From: a bacterium
GTDB taxonomy: Bacteria; JAMCPX01
Assembly (NCBI GenBank): GCA_037439545.1
Contig: JBBIVV010000039.1
Location: 1 to 21,497 of the forward strand
Direction of reading: 5' to 3'
Length of the DNA: 21,497 nt
Position numbers and translations under genes: made by a program. Under the pieces are notes generated by a model that did not search any database, was not told the DNA's origin, and saw only the letters and a program-made list of their open reading frames with translations. Positions 8,190 to 15,990 of this stretch are shown piece by piece. The first letter of the stretch is position 1, and each line of letters starts with the position of its first letter.

Positions 8190-9902
8190 TTATACGCTCT
8201 TCCCATCCCTGACTATGGCGTCCATGTCCATGGTATCAGGGGTGAGACCTTCCTTTTCCAGGACCTTCTTGATGACGCGCTGGGTCTCGGTCTTGGGCAT
8301 TTCCGGCATAAAACGGAAGTAACGGGGTATTGCAAATTTAGCAAGGTGATCTTTAAGAAATTCATACAAGTTCCCGGGCTCGATGGTCTTGCCCTCAACA
8401 GGTACAATTGCAGCCATGACATCGTCCTCTCCGAGTTCCGACGGTACTGCATAGACAGCACATTCAACGATATCCGGATGCTGGAGTAGTGCATGCTCAA
8501 CCTCATAAGCAGAGATATTCTCGCCCCTGTGTCTGAGGGATTCGGTTTTTCTTCCGACAAAATAGAGGTAACCTTTTTTATCCGCATAGACCATATCGCC
8601 GGTGTGAATCCATCCGTCCTTGATCTTGGATGAGGTTGCCTTTTCATCTTTAAAATATTCCACCGCATTCCCCGCCTTTTTCCCGGCGAAAAAAATCAGT
8701 TCTCCGGGCTGACCTGACGGTATGTCCTTATTGTCGTCATCGACGATACGGTACTTCGAGCCTAAGGGTTTCCCCATACTGCCGGCCGGCGCCTGACCGT
8801 AGTTCATAACAATGATCCCGCCTCCATCCACGGCACCGTAACCCTCGATGAGTTTAACGCCGAACCTTTTCTCGAACGCCTCCCACATATCCGTCGGACA
8901 TGCCGCCGAGAGCACCTGCGTAACCGAATGATTGCGATCGTTTGGCTTTTCCGGCTGTTTCATCAGGATAGGTATTATTCCGCCTATAGTATTGAACAGG
9001 GTCGCCCCTGTTTCCCGTATCTCGTCCCAGAAGCGGCTTGCACTGAATTTCTCCCTGAGCGCCACCTGTGCGCCTACATTCATCGCGCTGGTGACCGTGA
9101 GTATTATGGCATTTGCATGGAATAAAGGAAGACAGGTAAAATAAACATCATCCTTGTTCAGGAGCGCCCTGTTGAGCAGGCTCATCATCCTTATGTTGGT
9201 CCTGCCGTAGTAGGTAGGAACGCCTTTCGGAAGACCAGTCGTTCCGGATGTGTATAACAGAAGACAGGGATCGCCTTCCCGCGCCGATACTGCGGGCCTG
9301 GCAGGTATACTGTCATGATCGTATGCTTTATCCAGAGAAACGTACCCATGGTGCGCAAGGAACTCCTGTCCTGCAGACCGGGGATTTACTATAATCACCG
9401 GCGGTATATGCAGCTTGCTTTTTATGTTTTCATAAAACGGCAGCAGATCATGGTCTATACAGGCATAATCGGAGCCCGAATGGTTGAATATATGTGCGAG
9501 CTGATCCCCGCGTAAGGCTATGTTTGCGGGCACAGCGCACATGCCGAGCTTTTGTGCGCCGAAAAACACATCGAGCCATTGCGGCGAATTCTTCATCATG
9601 ATCGCGATTGTCTTACCGGGTTCGGCTCCCACCCCCTGAAGGTAATGAGCGACCCTGTTTGCGTTCGCATCCATTTCAGCGTACGTAAATCTCCGGCCGT
9701 AGTAGTTTAAAAACGGTCGGTCCCCGTTCTGTGCGGCCTTCTCTTCCAGGAGCCCGGCATGTGAAATATCATGCGCCACGGTAAGCTTACCCTTCTCGCG
9801 GGTAAGCCGCAGAGTCTCGCGAAGCGTGCCGCGTCTGAACTCTCCCCAAAAAAGGACCACGACCCCACCCAATAATTTTCTGATAAGCTTAACAGTTGTC
9901 AT
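8190..9902 (-). CDS. ATP-dependent acyl-CoA synthetase (AMP-binding, CaiC-like)
   Basis: LLYTSGTTGLPKG, LPLFHANA, FSASRFWD, EGYG, WIHTGD, GRK...RHRGENIS, PKTETQRVIK. Confidence 0.92.
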   Translation of the reverse strand: MTTVKLIRKLLGGVVVLFWGEFRRGTLRETLRLTREKGKLTVAHDISHAGLLEEKAAQNGDRPFLNYYGRRFTYAEMDANANRVAHYLQGVGAEPGKTIAIMMKNSPQWLDVFFGAQKLGMCAVPANIALRGDQLAHIFNHSGSDYACIDHDLLPFYENIKSKLHIPPVIIVNPRSAGQEFLAHHGYVSLDKAYDHDSIPARPAVSAREGDPCLLLYTSGTTGLPKGVPTYYGRTNIRMMSLLNRALLNKDDVYFTCLPLFHANAIILTVTSAMNVGAQVALREKFSASRFWDEIRETGATLFNTIGGIIPILMKQPEKPNDRNHSVTQVLSAACPTDMWEAFEKRFGVKLIEGYGAVDGGGIIVMNYGQAPAGSMGKPLGSKYRIVDDDNKDIPSGQPGELIFFAGKKAGNAVEYFKDEKATSSKIKDGWIHTGDMVYADKKGYLYFVGRKTESLRHRGENISAYEVEHALLQHPDIVECAVYAVPSELGEDDVMAAIVPVEGKTIEPGNLYEFLKDHLAKFAIPRYFRFMPEMPKTETQRVIKKVLEKEGLTPDTMDMDAIVRDGKSV

Positions 9903-9919
9903 GGATCGATCCCTTATGC

Positions 9920-11317
9920 TTACAGTTTTTCCAAAATGTGTATACAGAGCGCTGCTTCCTCGTTGCCGAGTGCCCCTCCTCCGTTCTCCGCCAGCGCAAG
10001 GCGGGCGTTCTTAACCTGCCTGTTGCCTGCTTCACCTCTGAGCTGGGTAACGAGCTCGTTGATCTGCGCAAGTCCTGATGCACCGATAGGGTGTCCGCGA
10101 GACAGGAGTCCGCCGGACGTATTGATTGGCTTTTTACCGCCGACCTTTGTTTCACCCTTCTCGGCATAGACGCCCCCTTCTCCCATGGGAAAAAACCCGA
10201 GGGCCTCTGTCTGGTGAAGTTCGCCGTAGGCAGTCGCGTCATGCACCTCTGCAAGGTCTATGTCGCCGGGGCCCAGACCGGACTTGTCATACGCAATCTT
10301 ACCCGCCCTCTCTCCGATATCAGGCTCGTCCTGCGACCGCGTTCTGCCTGAAACAAGTACGGATGCACGTACCCTGACTGCCCTGGACGAAACACCGAGC
10401 CGCTTTACCACGTCCTCAGACGCGAGGATCGCCGAGGCAGCCCCGTCACCGATCGGTGCGCACATGGCCCTGGTAAGCGGGTAGGAGACCATCCGGTCAT
10501 TCAGCACATCATCTGTGGATACCTCGAACGTGTACTGGGCATTCGGGTTCATGGTGGAATGCCAGTGGTTTTTTGATGCAATGACCGCAAGCTGACGCAT
10601 GGTACTCCCGTATTTTTTCATATGCGCCCGTGCTGCAAATGCATAGACATCCATAAATGGGGAATGGTCCGTGCCTGCCCCCTTCCCTGTTCCTTTCATG
10701 CTTTTCAAAAGCTTCCTGACATTATCGTAGCCCATGCTCTCTCCCAGAATGATAAAGGTTGCGAACATGTTCCAGTAGTCGTGCAGTTTGCCCTGAGAAC
10801 CGCTTTTTTTCTTTTTTACCCCTGTTTTTTTTCCCATAACCGGCATCTCACCCGGCACCTCCAGCATCTCGGGTGCAGTCCTTTTTATATATTCGATCTG
10901 ATCGAAGATCCCTTCCACATCGAGCCCGCTCATGAACCCGGCAAACATCGCATACTTGTTCATGGCGTAGACCTTCTCCGCACCGATTGCCAGTGATATA
11001 TCGACCAGTCCGGATGCCACGTCTTTCCATGCCCCGTGGAAAGCGGTCGAGCCTCCCGCACACGCGTTCTCGATGTTCGTTATGGGAATAGCGTCTATAC
11101 CCAGGGGCCTCAGTGCCACCTGTCCGCGGATACAGTGCTGGTAGTTTCGCATGCCCCATCCTGAATTTGAAAACCATGCGGACTGAATGTCTTTTTTCTC
11201 GATGCCCGCATCCTTAAAAACGCCCTCTGCGGTCCATGCCGTAAGATCCTTGATGCCGTTCTGAAGGTACCTGCCGAACTTTATCGTGTGTGAACCGATG
11301 ACAAATACGTCTCTCAT
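9920..11317 (-). CDS. SCP2/SCP-x-type thiolase
   Basis: ENACAGGS (nucleophilic Cys86), GAEK, PIGDGAA, EVHDA, NTSGGLLSRGHPIGASG, QLRGEAG, AENGGG. Confidence 0.92.
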   Translation of the reverse strand: MRDVFVIGSHTIKFGRYLQNGIKDLTAWTAEGVFKDAGIEKKDIQSAWFSNSGWGMRNYQHCIRGQVALRPLGIDAIPITNIENACAGGSTAFHGAWKDVASGLVDISLAIGAEKVYAMNKYAMFAGFMSGLDVEGIFDQIEYIKRTAPEMLEVPGEMPVMGKKTGVKKKKSGSQGKLHDYWNMFATFIILGESMGYDNVRKLLKSMKGTGKGAGTDHSPFMDVYAFAARAHMKKYGSTMRQLAVIASKNHWHSTMNPNAQYTFEVSTDDVLNDRMVSYPLTRAMCAPIGDGAASAILASEDVVKRLGVSSRAVRVRASVLVSGRTRSQDEPDIGERAGKIAYDKSGLGPGDIDLAEVHDATAYGELHQTEALGFFPMGEGGVYAEKGETKVGGKKPINTSGGLLSRGHPIGASGLAQINELVTQLRGEAGNRQVKNARLALAENGGGALGNEEAALCIHILEKL

Positions 11318-11328
11318 TTATATGCTCC

Positions 11329-11652
11329 TCAAAATTTCCTTGGCGGCTCTGGAGTACCGCGATCAAGGTAGTAGAAATGTTTTCTGAATTTGATGAACTC
11401 TTTGATCCCTATAGAATGCTCGGGACATATCGCGACACAATCCCCGCACGAAATGCAGAACGGCATCTCTTTGACCATGTGCGCTTTTTTATCCTTCACT
11501 TCAATGACATGGGCAGGGCACGGTTTGATACAGTAACCGCAGCCGTTACAGGTGTCCTGATCTATGACGACAACACCAAAGCTCACATCCTTGCCAAACC
11601 TGTTAAAACTTTCAATGCTTATCCTTTTTCTTATAGTTAAGTGTTCGGTCAT
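11329..11652 (-). CDS. 2x[4Fe-4S] ferredoxin
   Basis: CNGCGYCIKPCP and CISCGDCVAICP; GAGGA SD upstream. Confidence 0.92.
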   Translation of the reverse strand: MTEHLTIRKRISIESFNRFGKDVSFGVVVIDQDTCNGCGYCIKPCPAHVIEVKDKKAHMVKEMPFCISCGDCVAICPEHSIGIKEFIKFRKHFYYLDRGTPEPPRKF

Positions 11653-11661
11653 AGCATATCC

Positions 11662-12408
11662 TCAGTAAACCACTTTAAAGGTCCCGTTCTCGCCGAACCA
11701 GTCGATGGCCTGCGTTTCCCGTGACACTTCACCGTCCGGGGTCCCGCGCGGATAGCCGATGGCAATGGAAGTTACCAGTTTATAGGGGTAACGGATGCCG
11801 AGACGTTTTCTCCACTTCCGGTACATCGAAAGCGGTGTCATGAAACTGACCCAGCACGTCCCGAGCCCGAAACTGTGTGCAGTAAGGACCATGTTCTGTC
11901 CTGCAATACCCGTATCGAGGAACGGGTCGCCGGGAGACCGCTTATCCGTCAGCAAAATGATCACCGTCGGTGCACCGTGCCATAATCCGAGCTTACCATC
12001 GACTATGAGTCTCATTGCTCCGAATGGTACGGGATGAAACAGGTTGGGCAGAAACCGCATGAGGGTCTTAGCGATCCATTCTTTATGTTTTGCCCATGAA
12101 CCGAGGTACCATCCAAACTTCATCACGCGTTTCAACATTTTTACGACATCGCTTTCCATCTCTTTGATCATTTTTTGATCCTGTACCACGATAAACTTCC
12201 ACGGCTGGCCGTTACCGGCTGATGGTGCAAATCTGCCAGCTTCGATTATCCTTCGTATAATGTATTCAGGCACCTGCTTGTTTTTTTCATAAAACCTCAC
12301 ACTTCTGCGGTTATAGATGACATGCTCAATCGCATTGAACGCGTCTCCGGGCTCCGGGAGGCGGTCCCCCGTCTCATGGGCGATATGCGTATCATTCAGG
12401 TTTATCAT
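11662..12408 (-). CDS. Nitroreductase-superfamily FMN oxidoreductase
   Basis: RRSVRFY, AGRFAPSAGNGQPWKFIVV, DTGIAGQNMVLTAHSFGLGTCW, IAIGYP; AGGAG SD upstream. Confidence 0.92.
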   Translation of the reverse strand: MINLNDTHIAHETGDRLPEPGDAFNAIEHVIYNRRSVRFYEKNKQVPEYIIRRIIEAGRFAPSAGNGQPWKFIVVQDQKMIKEMESDVVKMLKRVMKFGWYLGSWAKHKEWIAKTLMRFLPNLFHPVPFGAMRLIVDGKLGLWHGAPTVIILLTDKRSPGDPFLDTGIAGQNMVLTAHSFGLGTCWVSFMTPLSMYRKWRKRLGIRYPYKLVTSIAIGYPRGTPDGEVSRETQAIDWFGENGTFKVVY

Positions 12409-12424
12409 GGGTATTCTCCTCTAA

Positions 12425-12530
12425 TGCGGCTTTCAGCCGCAACCCAAAAAATCTCCCCTTACCCCTCTTTTCCAAAGAGGGGGACAATTCTTTCTCCTCC
12501 CTTTGAAAAAGGGAGGCAGGGAGGGATTTT
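12425..12530. repeat. Multi-hairpin REP-like palindromic element
   Basis: Three perfect stems with 3-nt loops: TGCGGCT-ttc-AGCCGCA (12425-12441), CCCCTCTTT-tcc-AAAGAGGGG (12462-12482), CCTCCCTTT-gaa-AAAGGGAGG (12496-12516). The last two are enclosed by imperfect outer arms 12447-12459 / 12518-12530. Confidence 0.75.
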
Positions 12531-12575
12531 ATTGATTTTTTCGACTTCATGAAATCCTTTCTCCTCTTATCGTCC

Positions 12576-13712
12576 TTAACCTTTCACCATCGAATTGACC
12601 AGCTTGAGCTTACGCAGGGGAGCAAGCCCCATCAAAGCCTGGATCTGTTTTGCATCCCGGAATCGTTTTTCCTGACCGTAATCCTTCATATAGCCGTTGC
12701 CGCCTAAAATCTGTATACCGTCAGTCGTCAGCTTACATGCCAGTTCAGACAGGTGCAGTGCCGCTGCCCGTGCAAAGAGTTCCCATTGCGGCACCTGCTG
12801 CTCGACAGCCAGCGCAGCTCCGGAAACAGCCATGTCCGCTATCTTGACCTGCACGGCCATATCGGCGAGCAGCATACGCAGTGCTGACCAGTTGATAATC
12901 TCCCAGCCGCCCTGAAACCGCTCCTGACTGTAGGAAAGTGCCTCCTGAAAACCCCCCTTCATGATACCGCACTGCATGGCAGCAACTGCCGCATGCATAC
13001 GGTCTGACGCATGATCGAAATACCGGGCGCCCAGGCCTTCTTTACCTATGAGCGTGCCTTCGACCCCTGCAAGCGTAAGATCCACTGCAGGACAGGCATG
13101 CATGCCCAGACTGAATATTGGTGCGCTCATGCTCAGTCGCCTATTACTCTGCCTATTATCCCGCTTGACAAGAAAGAACGCATACCCGTCCTGTCCCTGA
13201 ATACGCGCCGGTAACAGCGCATGATCTGCCAGACCGCCCAGAACGACATATTCGATCACACCGTTGAGACTATAGGTACCGTTTGTTTTTTCAGCCTCAA
13301 GCTTGAGAGGTGACTCCTGAGGATTAAAAAAAGCAGGGTATGCTATCAAAACAGACCCGGCACCGGCTGCTCGTTCCATGATGTCTTTCAGCACGTCTTT
13401 GGACCCTGCGGAAAGCATTATCTCATGGGCAAGAGCATTGGTAAAAATAATTCCGCTCAGGCTCGCGTCCACAGCGCTGATACGATCGAGGATGATACAC
13501 AGGGCGCTCATACCCTGTCCGATACCGCCGCACTCCTCCGGCAGAGTTATGCCCAGCAGTCCAACTTCATATGCCTTGGCTATGACGGAATCAAAAAACG
13601 GTCCGAAGGGATATCGGTCATTGGCTTTCCGGTTGGCGGCAAGCTCCTTGACTGCGAAGCTCCGTGCAAGTTCTTCAAAAGATTTCAGTTCGGATTTTAT
13701 CGTAGTTAACAT
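12576..13712 (-). CDS. Acyl-CoA dehydrogenase-like protein, probably the non-catalytic subunit
   Basis: ACAD fold (GLLGITLPEECGGIG, LGMHACP, QERFQGG, GIQILGGNGYMKDY, RFRDAK), but the TEPxAGSD, GxKxFI and C-terminal YEGT motifs are replaced. Confidence 0.88.
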   Translation of the reverse strand: MLTTIKSELKSFEELARSFAVKELAANRKANDRYPFGPFFDSVIAKAYEVGLLGITLPEECGGIGQGMSALCIILDRISAVDASLSGIIFTNALAHEIMLSAGSKDVLKDIMERAAGAGSVLIAYPAFFNPQESPLKLEAEKTNGTYSLNGVIEYVVLGGLADHALLPARIQGQDGYAFFLVKRDNRQSNRRLSMSAPIFSLGMHACPAVDLTLAGVEGTLIGKEGLGARYFDHASDRMHAAVAAMQCGIMKGGFQEALSYSQERFQGGWEIINWSALRMLLADMAVQVKIADMAVSGAALAVEQQVPQWELFARAAALHLSELACKLTTDGIQILGGNGYMKDYGQEKRFRDAKQIQALMGLAPLRKLKLVNSMVKG

Positions 13713-13723
13713 GATTATCCCTC

Positions 13724-15232
13724 CTATCCTTCAAATTCACGGACCTGCGGAATGGAACACCCGATCAGGTTATTGAAAAGGTTGATACGGTTCAATTGGT
13801 TGGTACCTTCGTAGATCTGCAGAAGTTTGGAATCCCGCAGGAACTTTTCGGCACCGCGCTCATGTCTCAGGCCTGCCTGTCCCATCATCTCGAGTGCCAT
13901 CTGACTGTTCTTTACGCCCATATCCGTTCCCACGATTTTCGCCAGTGACGCCCACCCGGAACAGCGATGCTGATCTTCTATGGATTGGCTGTCCACAAAC
14001 AACTTGTGAAAGATCCGTGAAGTAATCTTCAGGTTCAGGAACGGGCTTACAAGTCGATCGAAAATAACCTTCGGTGCGTACTTCTGGTAATAGTAGATAG
14101 GCTTTCGCTGGAGGATGTTGTAGATGCCGCCCGGAAGTCCGTTGGCATAGTTCGCCTCCGTATAACTGAGCCTGCCGATGACGACATTCTTATACATCTC
14201 TGCCAGCATGGCCTGTGCCCACTCATGATTGATGAGCAGCTTGCCGTCCACTTCGGTCTCACTGGCGAACTTGAGGGCTGTTTCATATGCCCCTCTTGCC
14301 ACACCGGTACCGAATGCCCCCACTGCGGGTCTGGTGACTTCGACCACAAAATGGATATATTGCTCTATCAAAGCCGCGATCGAACGCGTTCCTGAGCCGG
14401 ACATGGTACGGGAGTCGCTCAGGACATATTCATCCGGTATAAAACAATCTTCGAAGATCAACTCGCTTGCCGGACATACCCGTTGACCCATTTTATCTTC
14501 ATGCTTACCGAAGCTAAACCCTTTCGTACCGGTCCTGACTGCAAACGTCACGGTGTTTTCCGAGGCCTTCTTCAGGTCGGTGTACGCGATCAGACAGCAC
14601 CAGGTGGACAGGTGCCCCATGGAAATAAAAATCTTACTGCCGTTCACGATATACCCGCCCTCGACTTTTTTTGCAGAGCAGCCCAGGCGGGCGCGATCGA
14701 TCAGTGCGTTTTCCTCCACATCCGTGCCAGCTCCAGGTTCGGTGATTGCGAGCGAGATGAGGCAGGGGTTGCCGTTCTTCTGGCCTTCAGTTACTTCTCT
14801 GAATATCTTATTGGCCAGGGATACGTTCCATGAAGCCAGGATTCCTGCTACGCCGAGATAGTGGACAAAGACCACGTTGGCCATGCCCACACAAGCCGAG
14901 GAAAGCTCTTCGACTACAGAGGCGCTGGACGGCATATTGAACCCCTGGCCCCCGAAGAGCTTCGGGATAAACATGGTATAAAAACCCCATTCATTGGCCT
15001 TTTTGATGAGATCCCAGGGAAGATACTCCGGATCCTCATGCGTCTGCCGGTCTACATCGAGCATATGCGGCCGGACAACTTCATCGCTAAATTTTCTGGC
15101 AAAGGCAATGGCTTTTTTGGTTTCTTTCACCATACCTTTGGGGAGTTTCGGCATGGCCTGCAGACTAAACAGGCTGTCATCAAAACGCGGCTCTTGTTTC
15201 GATATAGATCTAACCTCTTGCGATGAAACCAT
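13724..15232 (-). CDS. Acyl-CoA dehydrogenase, catalytic subunit
   Basis: LAITEPGAGTD, NGSKIFISMG, KMGQRVCPASELIFED, RDSKLLQIYEGTNQLNR (catalytic Glu); AAGGAGG SD upstream. Confidence 0.92.
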   Translation of the reverse strand: MVSSQEVRSISKQEPRFDDSLFSLQAMPKLPKGMVKETKKAIAFARKFSDEVVRPHMLDVDRQTHEDPEYLPWDLIKKANEWGFYTMFIPKLFGGQGFNMPSSASVVEELSSACVGMANVVFVHYLGVAGILASWNVSLANKIFREVTEGQKNGNPCLISLAITEPGAGTDVEENALIDRARLGCSAKKVEGGYIVNGSKIFISMGHLSTWCCLIAYTDLKKASENTVTFAVRTGTKGFSFGKHEDKMGQRVCPASELIFEDCFIPDEYVLSDSRTMSGSGTRSIAALIEQYIHFVVEVTRPAVGAFGTGVARGAYETALKFASETEVDGKLLINHEWAQAMLAEMYKNVVIGRLSYTEANYANGLPGGIYNILQRKPIYYYQKYAPKVIFDRLVSPFLNLKITSRIFHKLFVDSQSIEDQHRCSGWASLAKIVGTDMGVKNSQMALEMMGQAGLRHERGAEKFLRDSKLLQIYEGTNQLNRINLFNNLIGCSIPQVREFEG

Positions 15233-15348
15233 AGTTCCTCCTTGTACTCAATTTGTATTCCTTTTGATACCCAGACTGTCCGTCATCCCGAAAAGCGATT
15301 TCGCCGGAAGCCCGTCCAAATGACCGGATATGCCCGTTATTTTCGCAT

Positions 15349-15990
15349 TCATTTTTGCCTCCCGATTTTCCCGATGCCGCTTATGGTAAAATCTACCAGT
15401 ATGTTTATGAGCTCCGGTCGATCATGAGAATCAGTAATGTAGAGCTGTGCAACCTGTGAAAGCATGCCGACCATTGCCCATGCAATTGTCTCTGCTTCTG
15501 CCCGTTTTAACGGTCTTATGATCCCGAGTTGTGCTGCGGTTAAAAGCCTGATACGCGTATCCTCCGCAAGATTTCTATGGGTCTGCCACAAGATACCTGC
15601 AAAGTCCTCATTGCGGCTAAATCCTTCGCGGAATAAGATGATAAATTGGTTATGGTAATTATCGACATAATCGAAAAAGGCGTTGTATATATCATTGAGA
15701 GCAGAGGTAGTGTTATAAGGGTTTGACGGATTGTCCTGAAACGATTCGAGCTTTTTCTGGAACATATCGTCTATATAGTTCCTTAAACCTGTGCTGACCT
15801 GTATGATTGCCTCTGCAAATATGTGCGACTTGTCTTTAAAGTACAGATAGAACGTTCCTGTGCCTATACCTGCTTTTTTGGCAATCATCGGGACGGTCGT
15901 TTTCCTGAATCCCTTTGCACCTATAACCTTTATTGCTGCCGCTATCAAACGCTGTTTGACCAGCTCTTTTCTATTATTTACCTTGTGCAT
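15349..15990 (-). CDS. TetR/AcrR-family transcriptional regulator
   Basis: AAIKVIGAKGFRKTTVPMIAKKAGIGTGTFYLYFKDK HTH signature; ATG at 15990 overlaps the upstream TGA (TGATG). Confidence 0.93.
   Translation of the reverse strand: MHKVNNRKELVKQRLIAAAIKVIGAKGFRKTTVPMIAKKAGIGTGTFYLYFKDKSHIFAEAIIQVSTGLRNYIDDMFQKKLESFQDNPSNPYNTTSALNDIYNAFFDYVDNYHNQFIILFREGFSRNEDFAGILWQTHRNLAEDTRIRLLTAAQLGIIRPLKRAEAETIAWAMVGMLSQVAQLYITDSHDRPELINILVDFTISGIGKIGRQK

Noticed and set aside
9920..11317. Thiolase as an Ltp2-type steroid aldolase
   Set aside because: The nucleophilic Cys (ENAC) is retained and no DUF35/OB-fold partner is adjacent.
10680..11518. KOPS octamers (GGGNAGGG) as support for dif
   Set aside because: The two I noticed point in opposite directions (10680-10687 minus, 11511-11518 plus); too few to be informative.
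12447..12530. CRISPR array or simple rho-independent terminator
   Set aside because: No repeat-spacer periodicity or cas genes; the multi-hairpin architecture exceeds a simple terminator, although some termination cannot be excluded.
15233..15348. Structured RNA or riboswitch between tetR and the ACAD gene
   Set aside because: Only short imperfect stems (GTCAT/ATGAC, GCGA/TCGC); no recognisable family and no U-tract.
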